Positions 7,988 to 17,782 of a stretch of DNA of 57,515 bases are shown one piece after another. The position numbers and the translations under genes were made by a program. Origin of the DNA: Gammaproteobacteria bacterium (GTDB lineage Bacteria > Pseudomonadota > Gammaproteobacteria > SZUA-229); assembly GCA_041592495.1 (NCBI GenBank), contig JBFHPZ010000001.1, forward strand, positions 1-57,515, in the 5' to 3' direction. How positions within the stretch are numbered: position 1 is the stretch's first letter; the number at the start of each line of letters is the position of its first letter. The notes under the pieces are model-generated. The model saw nothing but the letters and a program-made list of their open reading frames with translations. It did not search any database and was not told the DNA's origin.

Positions 7988-8004
7988 TGTAAAAAATTTT
8001 TACA
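7988..8004. promoter_or_regulatory. Palindromic TGT-N11-ACA element upstream of prsK
   Basis: tgtaaaaa-a-tttttaca, an 8-1-8 palindrome exactly 200 bp from the related element at 7788. This is motif-level evidence only. Confidence 0.2.
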
Positions 8005-8052
8005 GTTACTACAATCTCGTTACCTTCGTTCCCAACCTAATAATATGAATAT

Positions 8053-10104
8053 ATGAATCTGGGTGTTATTTCATACTCACTGGCTGCAGCCGGTTATCTG
8101 GTGCTGCTGCTGCTGTTACTGACGAGTTGGAAAAACAGCCTCCAGGCGAGGTTGCTAACCCTGGTAGTGCTGGTGAGTGTGACCTGGGCGTATTCCGCGA
8201 TTCAGGTTGCGATCGGTGGCGATGGTTATTCATGGCTGTATGTCATAACGGAATCTCTGCGTTACGCCCTCTGGTATTTGTTCCTTCTAAAACTTTTCGA
8301 TCTCGATGTGGAGCAACGGAGCTATAAGCAATTCGCCCGTTGGGCGATTCCAGTGAGTGTGGGTTTTTCGGTTGTAGTGATTCTACTGGAAGTATCCCAG
8401 GTGTTGAGGATGCACTCGCTTAATTATGTCGGGCACGTGATCCTCTCCATTATCGGGCTTGCCATAATCGAACAGGTATACCGCAATACCTCCCAAAAGC
8501 ACCTTTGGGCAATCAAGTATCTCATCATTGGCTGTGGCGGCGTATTTGCCTACGACCTGTTCCTCTACTCACACGCGCTCTTATTTCGAGGGATTGATTT
8601 GCAGCTATGGGAGAGCCGTGGAGCGGTTCACCTGGTGATTATCCCAATGCTGGCAATTGCCGCAGCCCGCAATAAATCCTGGAGCATGAATATTTTTGTT
8701 TCCAGGGAGATTGTGCTTAAAACCTCGGCATTTTTCGGTGGCGGGATGTATTTGCTGGTAATGGCGCTGGCTGGTTATTATCTGCGCGAAGTGGGTGGGG
8801 AATGGGGGATGCTGACCCAGGCAGTATTTTTCACGCTCGCCGTGATTCTCCTGGTTTCGATTTTATTATCTGAACAATTCAGAGTTCAATCCAAAGTATT
8901 TCTGGCAAAGCATTTTTATAAAAACAAATACGATTACCGGGAAGAATGGCTTAACCTGACACGAGATCTTAGCCAGCAATTGAGCGTATCTTCACGTTAC
9001 ACCATCGTCATTCAAGTCCTCGCGCGAATGGTCGATGCAAGGGCGGGAATGATCTGGGTTCGCGACGAGAAGGGGGACTATCTGAACGCGGGAGTCTGGC
9101 AGACACCCAGAATGGACGATACTCTGTCCCCAAATCTACCACTTATTAACTATCTTGCTGAAAAGCGCTATATCGTCAATGTAAAAGAATTTGCAAATCA
9201 GCTGCCTGAATATGAAGATTTGAAGCTACCTCAGAATTTCAATGAGCTATCAAGGCTATGGTTGATCATCCCGTTATTCGATCAAAGGGAACTAATGGGG
9301 TTCGTCCTGTTGATGGATCCATTGGTGGAGAGGAATATCAATTGGGAAGATCGCGATCTGCTTAAAACGGCAAGCAAGCAAGTATCCAGCTTCCTGCTGA
9401 TGCATAAGCAATCAGAAGAGCTACTGGAAGCGAAACAGTTTGAAGTGTTCAATCGCTTGTCTGCTTTTATGGTCCATGATCTGAAAAATATTGCCGCCGA
9501 GCTTGAGCTTGTGGCAAAAAATGCTGAAAGATTTAAGGATAATCCAGATTTTATTGAAGATGCGTTCTCAACGGTGAGTAACGCGGCGGGTGACATTAAA
9601 AAGTTGCTTGATCATTTCAGAAAACGCCAACAAAGTGACGAGCGCAAGAGCCTTGTTGATTTAATCGATATTGTAAAAGATGCTGTCAGTTTGAAAAGTC
9701 AAAAACAGCCAGTGCCTGCGGTGAAAGCGCCGGGCGAACCCTGCTATGTTTCAGCCGAAAAAAACCGGCTGATTAATGTGATTGCTCATATAATCGATAA
9801 TGCACAGGAAGCAACGGCAGACTCGGGCAGTATCTGGGTGGGATTCAAGACTGAGGATTCGCGCCACTATGTCAGCATAAGCGATACTGGTCATGGCATG
9901 GATAAAGATTTCATCAATACACGCCTTTTCCGACCGTTCGATACCACCAAAGGCAATGCCGGCATGGGGATCGGTATGTTCGAGAGTCGGGACTATATTC
10001 GATCGATGGGTGGGGATATTCAAGTAGAGAGTGAGCCATCTGTTGGAACGACGATGAATATCTGGCTGCCCGTGGCTAGTCCTGCTTTACTTAAACAGCC
10101 GTAA
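8053..10104 (+). CDS. prsK: PEP-CTERM system sensor histidine kinase PrsK-type
   Basis: About 300 aa of polytopic membrane N-terminus, a GAF-like middle, the H-box FMVHDLKN and the ATPase motifs DNAQEA...DTGHGMD...GNAGMGIGM. The 683-aa length and the position directly upstream of prsR fit the PrsK family. Confidence 0.85.
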   Translation: MNLGVISYSLAAAGYLVLLLLLLTSWKNSLQARLLTLVVLVSVTWAYSAIQVAIGGDGYSWLYVITESLRYALWYLFLLKLFDLDVEQRSYKQFARWAIPVSVGFSVVVILLEVSQVLRMHSLNYVGHVILSIIGLAIIEQVYRNTSQKHLWAIKYLIIGCGGVFAYDLFLYSHALLFRGIDLQLWESRGAVHLVIIPMLAIAAARNKSWSMNIFVSREIVLKTSAFFGGGMYLLVMALAGYYLREVGGEWGMLTQAVFFTLAVILLVSILLSEQFRVQSKVFLAKHFYKNKYDYREEWLNLTRDLSQQLSVSSRYTIVIQVLARMVDARAGMIWVRDEKGDYLNAGVWQTPRMDDTLSPNLPLINYLAEKRYIVNVKEFANQLPEYEDLKLPQNFNELSRLWLIIPLFDQRELMGFVLLMDPLVERNINWEDRDLLKTASKQVSSFLLMHKQSEELLEAKQFEVFNRLSAFMVHDLKNIAAELELVAKNAERFKDNPDFIEDAFSTVSNAAGDIKKLLDHFRKRQQSDERKSLVDLIDIVKDAVSLKSQKQPVPAVKAPGEPCYVSAEKNRLINVIAHIIDNAQEATADSGSIWVGFKTEDSRHYVSISDTGHGMDKDFINTRLFRPFDTTKGNAGMGIGMFESRDYIRSMGGDIQVESEPSVGTTMNIWLPVASPALLKQP

Positions 10105-10121
10105 TCACAGGAAGTGAGGAG

Positions 10122-11495
10122 ATGAAAAACAATAACGAATGCCTGCTTGTCGTGGAAGATAATCCAGGTATCCAGAAGCAGCTTAAATGGTCATTTGATG
10201 GCTATGAGGTGCACCTGGCCGACGATCGGGAATCGGCGCTTGAATTGGTGAGAAAGCACAAGCCACAGGTGGTTACGCTCGATCTTGGGTTACCGCCAGA
10301 TCGGGAAAATGCGACCCAGGGCATTTTGGCCCTTGAGCAAATACTGGATGAACTCCCCGAATGCAAGGTCATAGTCGTCACAGGGAATGAAGACCGGGAA
10401 AATGCACTTACGGCAATCAAGCTTGGCGCCTATGATTTTTATCAAAAACCGATTGATCCCGATATTCTCAGACTGATAGTGGATCGCGCATTTAATTTAC
10501 ACGCAATAGAAGCCGAAAACCGAAAGCTTGGCAGGCAGAAACTTGATTCGCCGATCAGCCGGATATTAGGTTCAAGTCAGGCTATGCAGACTGCATTGCG
10601 GATGACCGAGAAAGTCGCCGCTTCAGATGCAACTGCCCTGGTGCAGGGAGAAAGCGGGACAGGTAAAGAGTTAATTGCCCGTGCTTTACATGAATTAAGT
10701 CAGCGCAGTGACGAACCCTTTGTGGCTATTAACTGTGCAGCGATTCCGCACGAACTGCTGGAAAGCGAATTATTCGGTTATGAGAAGGGGGCGTTTACCG
10801 GCGCTCATAAAACAACGCCAGGGAAAATTGAGCATGCCAATGGAGGAACCCTGTTCCTGGATGAGATTGGCGATATGCCAATGTCCTTGCAGGCCAAACT
10901 GTTGCGCTTTTTACAGGAGAGAGTTGTAGAAAGAATCGGTGGGCGACAGTCTATTCCTGTTGATATACGGATTGTCTGTGCAACTCATCGCGACCTGGAG
11001 AAGGCTATTCGCGATGGAGATTTCAGGGAAGATCTTTATTTTAGAATATCTGAAATAGTTATTAATGTTCCGCCATTGCGTGATCGGGAAGAGGATATTG
11101 TATTACTCGCGCAATATTTCCTCGATCAATTTTCTGCGGAAATGAAAAAACGTTTCAAAGGCTTCAGTTCGGCTGCCAAGCGTAAGTTGGATGAATATCA
11201 GTGGCCGGGGAATGTGCGGGAACTGGAAAACAAAATAAAAAGGGCGGTCATTCTCACGGAAGGTAACCGAGTTGAGCCGGAGGATCTCGGGTTTTCCGCG
11301 GGTGCCGGTAGTGGGGATATGCCCATGCAGAGTTCACTGAGCCTTAAAGCGGCAAGAGAGGCGGTGGAGAGGAAAGTTATCAAGCAGGCACTGACTGTCT
11401 ATGAAAATAATTACTCCAAGGCGGCTGAAGCACTGGAGATCAGCAGGCCGTCGTTGTATAGCCTGTTAAAGAAACTGGGTATGGATGAGGCCTAG
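10122..11495 (+). CDS. prsR: PEP-CTERM-box sigma54-dependent response regulator PrsR-type
   Basis: Receiver domain (LLVVEDNPGI...VTLDLGLPP). AAA+ sigma54-interaction motifs GESGTGKE and GAFTGA (YEKGAFTGA). C-terminal Fis-type HTH YSKAAEALEISRPSLYSLLKKLG. Confidence 0.9.
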   Translation: MKNNNECLLVVEDNPGIQKQLKWSFDGYEVHLADDRESALELVRKHKPQVVTLDLGLPPDRENATQGILALEQILDELPECKVIVVTGNEDRENALTAIKLGAYDFYQKPIDPDILRLIVDRAFNLHAIEAENRKLGRQKLDSPISRILGSSQAMQTALRMTEKVAASDATALVQGESGTGKELIARALHELSQRSDEPFVAINCAAIPHELLESELFGYEKGAFTGAHKTTPGKIEHANGGTLFLDEIGDMPMSLQAKLLRFLQERVVERIGGRQSIPVDIRIVCATHRDLEKAIRDGDFREDLYFRISEIVINVPPLRDREEDIVLLAQYFLDQFSAEMKKRFKGFSSAAKRKLDEYQWPGNVRELENKIKRAVILTEGNRVEPEDLGFSAGAGSGDMPMQSSLSLKAAREAVERKVIKQALTVYENNYSKAAEALEISRPSLYSLLKKLGMDEA

Positions 11496-11589
11496 GAAGC
11501 TGTATCTGTTCTGAAATACTGTCTGGATGTGGTATATCCTGCTTTGTAAGTGAAGTATAGCCGTGCTGGGTAATGGCCATGGAGATAAC

Positions 11590-14382
11590 ATGAAAAAGTG
11601 TATCAATAAGTATGTGCATGCTTTGCTGGTGCTGGCAATGTTAATGACCAGTGGCTGCAGCCCTTCCAAAACAGACACCGAGTTACTCCAATCGGCAAAA
11701 GACTATATAAATAATAATCAGATAAGAGAATCTATTCTTGAGCTTAAGAACGCCTTGCAAGTAAACCCGCAAAATGCTGAGGCTCGCTTTCTGCTTGGCA
11801 AGCTTAACCTGGCGATCGGCAACCCTGCTTCGGCTGTGAAGGAGTTCGAGAGGTCGATTGAATATGGCTGGGATGAGGCAGAAGCAACATTATACCTGGC
11901 CCGGTCATTGTTGAATAATGGGCAATTTAATGAGTTGGCTACATTTGGAATCAATGAGACCTTTAGTAAGGAAACCCAGGCAAATTTGCATGGGTTAGTG
12001 GGTGCTGCGTACCTGGCGCGGAATGAGATCGTCAAGACATCGTCGCACCTCGATCTTGCAGCCAATCTTGATCAGAATTCCTTGTATGCCAAGATCACCC
12101 GAATTCGCCTTATGTTGGTGAAGGACGATCGTGCCGAAGCTAAACGCATTCTGGATAAGGCGCTTCAAATGTTTCCCGGCAATCAGGAGCTGTTACTGCT
12201 TTCGGCATTGATTTCGATCGAGGATGGCAATATTCAGGAGGCGATTGCTTCGTATGAGGCTGTACTGGCGAAAGAGCCGACCAAAATTGTCACAGCCTAT
12301 GCCAGGCAGGCGAGATTGGGTCTTGCGCGTATTTACGTGTATGGAAACCAGTTGCCTGAAGCTGAGAAAATTCTAGAGCCTCTTCACCAGGTTACCCCTG
12401 GTGATCCTGAGTTTAACTATCTATTGGGCCATATTGCTCTCCAAAAACAGGATTATTCACAGGCTGAAGAAAGGCTTCTTTCCGTGTTGAAAGTGGCCCC
12501 AGATCATTCCAATACCCATTTGCTCTTTGGTGTTGTGAATTACGAGCAAAAAGATTACGAGCAGGCTGCTTACTATATTTCAAAATTTCTGGCAAAGCAT
12601 CCGGATACACCGTCAGTGCGCAAACTGCTGGGGAAAATATATCTTGCGCTTGGGCAGCATGAAGAAGCACAACAAACGCTTACCTCGGCTGGTATGCCGG
12701 GCGATGATGCCGAATTGCAGGCAATGATCAGCTTGTCTCAATTTCGACAGGGTAATGTTGAGGCTGGCCTACAGGGATTGAAGCGCGCAGCCGAAGTTGA
12801 TCCCGAGAATAAGATATTAAGAAGAGAATTAATAAAGGCCTATATAGCTTCGGGTGAAACCAGCAAAGCTATCGATCATCTCAAGAAGGAAATTGCTGGC
12901 TCCAAGGATGTGCAAGATCAGGCTTTGCTCGTATCAGCCTATTTGCGCGCAGGTGAATTTGATAATGCAATCAACACCGTGTTAACCATGCGGGCTAAAA
13001 ATCCGGATAACATTAATATTAACACCCTGGCGGGAGTTGTCTTTGCAGCATCTGGCGATCTCGATAAGGCTCGTGAATATTTCAACGAGGTTCTGGGGTT
13101 GCATCCAAAGGATGAGATTGCTTCCCTGACGCTTGCGCGTGTCGAAGAAATAGACGGCAATACCGATAAGGCTATTGCTTTATATGAGAATTTAGCCTCG
13201 CAACCGGGGGGCTCTAGTGAGCCGTTACTCCAGTTGGCTAATCTTTATAGGCGTTCAGGTAATGATGATGAGCTAATTAAAGTCTTGAATCGTGCAGTGT
13301 CTAGTTACCCAGAGGACCCTCGGGGTTACATTCTGTTGTGCGATGCTTATCTTCAAAAAGGTGAAATTGAAAAGACGGATAAGGTTTTAAAAGCAGCGCT
13401 GTTGAAGTATGCCAACGAGGCTTCGTTAAAAACTATCGAAGGGCGCATCCTGCTGGCGAAAGGGGAGTTTAACAAGTCACTGCCGATCTTGCAGGGGGTG
13501 GTAGAGGCTAATCCTGGGTTAATAGTAAACCGGGTTCTGCTGGCAGAGAATCATCTGGCTTTAAATCAGCCCGACGAAGCAATCAAACAATTAAAAATGG
13601 TGCTCGAGAAACAGCCATTTCATCTGCCTGCAATGATATTAATAGCGAGAGCGCATTCGATGATAGGGGATTTCACTTCGGCACTTTCCCAGGCATTGAA
13701 TGTTCAAAAGTCCAACCCGGATTTTCCACACGGTTATGAACTTGAGGGAGATATCTGGTCACTTAAGAAGGACTTTATTCAATCCGCCAAAGCATTTTCA
13801 ACCGCATATGATCTCAAGCCAAGCAGTGAACTGGCGCTCAAGTACGCCAGGGCTCAGTATTTGTCGGGGCATACAAATGAGGCCATTACAGTTCTGTCAT
13901 CTTCCCTAAATACAGACCCGGGTAATATTCGGTTGTTACTGTTTCGAGCGGATCTGTATCAAATGAGTCAGCAGCAGTTAGCGGCACTGGATGACTATGA
14001 GTCAATTATTGCGCTTGATGCTCATCACGCGGTTGCATTAAATAATGCGGCCTGGATACACGATGTCGCCGGCAATCATGAAAAAGGTCTGATGTATGCG
14101 AGGAGGGCCCATGATATTTCTCCCAATGATCCCGGTATTCAGGATACGTACGGCTGGTTACTGGTACGCAACAATGACTCAGTGCCAGGTCTGGAATTAC
14201 TGGAATCAGCGAGAAAATTATTAAGCGATTCAAACGAAGTGCAATACCATTATGCTGCCGCTCTGTCCAAACTGGGCCGGTATGACGAGGCTCGGTCGAT
14301 CCTGGCGCCGCTGATTGATTCCGGAAAAGAATTTGATGGTCGTTCCGATGCGGAAGTGATGCTGAAAAAGCTGGAAAATTAA
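11590..14382 (+). CDS. prsT: PEP-CTERM system TPR-repeat lipoprotein PrsT-type
   Basis: ATG at 11590 follows GGAG. Lipobox LAMLMTSG|C. About 900 aa of TPR repeats, located immediately after prsK-prsR. Confidence 0.85.
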   Translation: MKKCINKYVHALLVLAMLMTSGCSPSKTDTELLQSAKDYINNNQIRESILELKNALQVNPQNAEARFLLGKLNLAIGNPASAVKEFERSIEYGWDEAEATLYLARSLLNNGQFNELATFGINETFSKETQANLHGLVGAAYLARNEIVKTSSHLDLAANLDQNSLYAKITRIRLMLVKDDRAEAKRILDKALQMFPGNQELLLLSALISIEDGNIQEAIASYEAVLAKEPTKIVTAYARQARLGLARIYVYGNQLPEAEKILEPLHQVTPGDPEFNYLLGHIALQKQDYSQAEERLLSVLKVAPDHSNTHLLFGVVNYEQKDYEQAAYYISKFLAKHPDTPSVRKLLGKIYLALGQHEEAQQTLTSAGMPGDDAELQAMISLSQFRQGNVEAGLQGLKRAAEVDPENKILRRELIKAYIASGETSKAIDHLKKEIAGSKDVQDQALLVSAYLRAGEFDNAINTVLTMRAKNPDNININTLAGVVFAASGDLDKAREYFNEVLGLHPKDEIASLTLARVEEIDGNTDKAIALYENLASQPGGSSEPLLQLANLYRRSGNDDELIKVLNRAVSSYPEDPRGYILLCDAYLQKGEIEKTDKVLKAALLKYANEASLKTIEGRILLAKGEFNKSLPILQGVVEANPGLIVNRVLLAENHLALNQPDEAIKQLKMVLEKQPFHLPAMILIARAHSMIGDFTSALSQALNVQKSNPDFPHGYELEGDIWSLKKDFIQSAKAFSTAYDLKPSSELALKYARAQYLSGHTNEAITVLSSSLNTDPGNIRLLLFRADLYQMSQQQLAALDDYESIIALDAHHAVALNNAAWIHDVAGNHEKGLMYARRAHDISPNDPGIQDTYGWLLVRNNDSVPGLELLESARKLLSDSNEVQYHYAAALSKLGRYDEARSILAPLIDSGKEFDGRSDAEVMLKKLEN

Positions 14383-14568
14383 TGAGTTAATAGATATTAT
14401 GGGTATGCATTTAAACTGGTGTTCTTGTTTAAAGATAGCGGCTGAATCTGCTACCTGGGTGGTTCAGTATTACCGAGTATGGCCGCTGTAATGGCATGCC
14501 CAGACAGGATATGTCAATCATTCAAGGATGATGTCATAAATTTCACCTATCCATAATTATTCATAATC

Positions 14569-16128
14569 ATGATCGAACAAATATTTCAGATTCTGGGTTA
14601 CCTACATGGTATGTGGCGTTATCGCTGGTCTGCGCTTGCAGTTACCTGGTTGAGCGCAATTGCGGGATTAATTGTTGTTATGGCTTTGCCTAATACCTAT
14701 GAGGTGAAGGCTGTCTTTCATGTTGATACGCAATCTATTCTGAACACCCTGTTGAAAGGGCTTGCCGTAGAAGACCAGGAAACCAATGCCGATGTCGAAC
14801 TGGTCAAGCGTATGATGTTGAGTCGGGAAAACCTTTTGCAAGTTATTCGCGAAACAGACATGGATCTGTTAGCAACAACTCCACAGAGCCTTGATTTATT
14901 GGTTGATAAATTAGCGAAAGATATTCAGATCTCCGGTGGAAGTGACGGGGGGTGGCGTCGTTCCAACAATAATATCTACGAAATAACTTATAGTGCCAGG
15001 CAACCAGACCAGGTGTATAAGGTTGTTTCCTCCTTTATGGATTCATTTATTGAAAACACATTGAATGCCGGACGGGTTGATACGGCTTCAGCGGAAGCTT
15101 TTCTTGACAAGCAAATCAAAGATTACGAAGCCCGTCTTGTCGAGGCAGAGCAACGACTTGCGGATTTCAAGAAGAAGAATGTCGGCGCAATGCCTGATGA
15201 ACGAGGTGGTTACTATAATCGTTTGCAACGCAGCGAGGTTGAGGCTGAAGAAACCAAAACAGCGATTCGCCTGGCGGAAAGGCGCCTGGCTGAACTCACC
15301 AAGCAATTACAGGGAGAGAAACCTGTTTATTCCTCTGCAGGTGTCGATATCAAGGCGAGAAAAGCTGAGTATTATCGACAGCTTGAATTATTGCTGACTG
15401 AATATACAGAACAGCATCCTGATGTTATCGCGCTGAAGCAGAAAATAGAAAATCTTTCAAGTGAGAAAGGTTCTGTTCCATTGGCCGGATTGAACCCTGA
15501 AAGCGCGCAGTTCGAGACCAACCCGGTCTATCAGGAGCTGAAAATAGAAGAAAGCAAGGCCAGGATCGATCTCGAAACACTGCGCTTAACGTTGAATGAT
15601 CAACTTAATCAAATTTCCAAGTTGAGAGCAGCAATCGACTCTATTCCCGAAGTTGAAGCTGAATATTCACGACTTAACCGTGACTATGAAGTTACCAATG
15701 AACGTTATCTTGAATTGGTGGAAAGACGTGAGTCAGCCGAATTGGCTCGTGAAGCCAAGCAAAGTGCTAGTGAAGTAAAGTTCAGAATTATCGAGCCTCC
15801 TATCCTGCCAACCAAGCCAACAGGGCCTAACCGACAGCTGTACAGCGTAGCAGTGTTCATTGGCGCAATAGGCCTGGGTATGGGATGGGGGCTGGTGCGT
15901 TTCCTTATGCACCCGACCTTTATCGGTGTCAACCAGCTCAAGGAAGCCTTCACTTATCCTGTTCTAGGGTCGGTGGGTTTAAATCTAACAGAGGATGGTA
16001 GGAAAAGGCGACTCAACAAAATGTTAATGCTGGCGGGAAGCCTTGCATTCCTTGCGCTCATATTTGTTATTGTAATCTTGCTTGGTAACCAGGTAACGGA
16101 CGTTATCCATCCTTTGCTCTACAGTTAA
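14569..16128 (+). CDS. Polysaccharide chain-length determinant (Wzz/PCP, EpsF-like)
   Basis: N-terminal TM followed by PNTYE, a long coiled-coil periplasmic region and C-terminal TM segments. It is followed directly by the kinase-like partner. Confidence 0.8.
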   Translation: MIEQIFQILGYLHGMWRYRWSALAVTWLSAIAGLIVVMALPNTYEVKAVFHVDTQSILNTLLKGLAVEDQETNADVELVKRMMLSRENLLQVIRETDMDLLATTPQSLDLLVDKLAKDIQISGGSDGGWRRSNNNIYEITYSARQPDQVYKVVSSFMDSFIENTLNAGRVDTASAEAFLDKQIKDYEARLVEAEQRLADFKKKNVGAMPDERGGYYNRLQRSEVEAEETKTAIRLAERRLAELTKQLQGEKPVYSSAGVDIKARKAEYYRQLELLLTEYTEQHPDVIALKQKIENLSSEKGSVPLAGLNPESAQFETNPVYQELKIEESKARIDLETLRLTLNDQLNQISKLRAAIDSIPEVEAEYSRLNRDYEVTNERYLELVERRESAELAREAKQSASEVKFRIIEPPILPTKPTGPNRQLYSVAVFIGAIGLGMGWGLVRFLMHPTFIGVNQLKEAFTYPVLGSVGLNLTEDGRKRRLNKMLMLAGSLAFLALIFVIVILLGNQVTDVIHPLLYS

Positions 16129-16145
16129 CCTGATGTTGGTATCAA

Positions 16146-16919
16146 ATGAATATGAATCTTGATAGCTATCAAAATGAGATGGGGACAAACCTTCTTGAAG
16201 TAAATGGGCGTTTGAAAGCGCTTAATATGCTGGTTGCTGACAGCAATATCGGCGTGGCAGCACGGGATGAATACAGGCGAATCAAGGCGCCGCTACTGTC
16301 GAACGCATTCGGAAAAAGTTCATCGTTAGTTGATAATGGCAACATAATCATGGTTACCAGTACCATGCCGGATGAAGGTAAAACCTACTCTGCGGTAAAT
16401 CTGGCCTTGTCTATGGCAAACGAGCAGGATCATACCGTGTTGTTAGTGGATTGTGACGTCGCAAAGAAAGGCTCAAGCCGCTTGCTCGGGGCTGAGAAAC
16501 AGCCGGGGTTGATGGATGTTCTGGAGAATGAATTCCTCGACATCAGCGATGTGATGATGAAAACTGATTTGCCCAGTTTTACGGTTGTATCTGCCGGTAA
16601 GCAGCATGACTATGCGGCGGAACTATTATCCAGTAAACGCATGGCTTCGGTGATGAAGGAAATTCGTTCTCGCTACGAAGATCGTATAATTATACTCGAT
16701 ACCCCGCCGGTTCTTGCAACACCGCAAACAGCTGTACTGGCCAACCTTGTTGGCCAGATCGTCTATGTTGTTGAAGAAAGTAAAACACCGAAATACCTGG
16801 TGGAAGAAGGATTGGACCAGTTGCCGAAAGATAAAGCTATTGGTCTTGTTTTAAATAAGCGTGAGACTTTTGTTGGCCAGTCCGGCGGATACTATGGTTA
16901 CTATGCCGTAGTGGATTAG
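16146..16919 (+). CDS. BY-kinase-type ATPase partner of the chain-length determinant (EpsG-like)
   Basis: Walker A-like TSTMPDEGKT, Walker A' LLVDCDV, Walker B IIILDTPP and a Tyr-rich C-terminal tail GGYYGYYAVVD. Confidence 0.8.
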   Translation: MNMNLDSYQNEMGTNLLEVNGRLKALNMLVADSNIGVAARDEYRRIKAPLLSNAFGKSSSLVDNGNIIMVTSTMPDEGKTYSAVNLALSMANEQDHTVLLVDCDVAKKGSSRLLGAEKQPGLMDVLENEFLDISDVMMKTDLPSFTVVSAGKQHDYAAELLSSKRMASVMKEIRSRYEDRIIILDTPPVLATPQTAVLANLVGQIVYVVEESKTPKYLVEEGLDQLPKDKAIGLVLNKRETFVGQSGGYYGYYAVVD

Positions 16920-16924
16920 AGTTT

Positions 16925-17782
16925 ATGCAAATTAGAAATGCGCTTACTGTCGACGTAGAGGACTACTTTCAGGTTTCGGCGTTTGAGAACGCCGTAGATC
17001 GTAAGGATTGGGTAAATCAACCCTTGAGAGTTGAGCGTAATACCCATCTTCTCCTCGATTTATTCGACGAATATAATACAAAAGCTACCTTTTTCGTGCT
17101 TGGTTGGGTGGCTGATCGAATTCCCTCCATTGTGAAAGAGATTGCTGATCGCGGACATGAGATTGCCTGTCATGGGTATAGTCACAGGCTTGTTTATAAT
17201 CAGACCCCGGAGGAATTTCGCGAGGAAACTCTGAAATCAAAAATGGTTCTGGAAGATCTGTCGCAACAGTCCATTTACGGGTATCGCGCAGCAAGTTATT
17301 CGATTACGAATAAGTCCCTTTGGGCACTGGATATACTGGTCGATGCGGGTTTTATTTATGATTCCAGTATATTCCCGGTACGGCATGATCGTTATGGTAT
17401 TCCAGACGCTAACAAATATCCTCATGAACTTAAAACATTGACGGGCAACACCATTGTTGAATTTCCGTTGACCACGGCCCAATGGATGGGTTCGACAGTG
17501 CCAATTGCAGGGGGAGGGTATTTCAGGCTGTTTCCGTATTGGCTTACAAAGGCGGGATTGGGTCAGTCAAACGACAAAAATGAACCTTTCATCTTCTATT
17601 TGCATCCCTGGGAAATAGACGCGGAACAACCGCGCATTGAGGCTTCCTGGTTCTCGAAATTTCGTCATTACAATAATCTCGACAAATGTTATCCCAGACT
17701 GAAATCGTTATTAACGGATTTCAAATTCACGACAACTCGAGATGTTCTTGCTGCAAAAGGCCTGTTATCTGTTAATGATTAA
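16925..17782 (+). CDS. Polysaccharide deacetylase, PEP-CTERM-locus subfamily type
   Basis: N-terminus ALTVDVEDYFQVSAFE, GHEIACHGYSH and a C-terminal DUF3473-like region (FYLHPWEID). This matches the exosortase-A-associated deacetylase pattern. Confidence 0.85.
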   Translation: MQIRNALTVDVEDYFQVSAFENAVDRKDWVNQPLRVERNTHLLLDLFDEYNTKATFFVLGWVADRIPSIVKEIADRGHEIACHGYSHRLVYNQTPEEFREETLKSKMVLEDLSQQSIYGYRAASYSITNKSLWALDILVDAGFIYDSSIFPVRHDRYGIPDANKYPHELKTLTGNTIVEFPLTTAQWMGSTVPIAGGGYFRLFPYWLTKAGLGQSNDKNEPFIFYLHPWEIDAEQPRIEASWFSKFRHYNNLDKCYPRLKSLLTDFKFTTTRDVLAAKGLLSVND

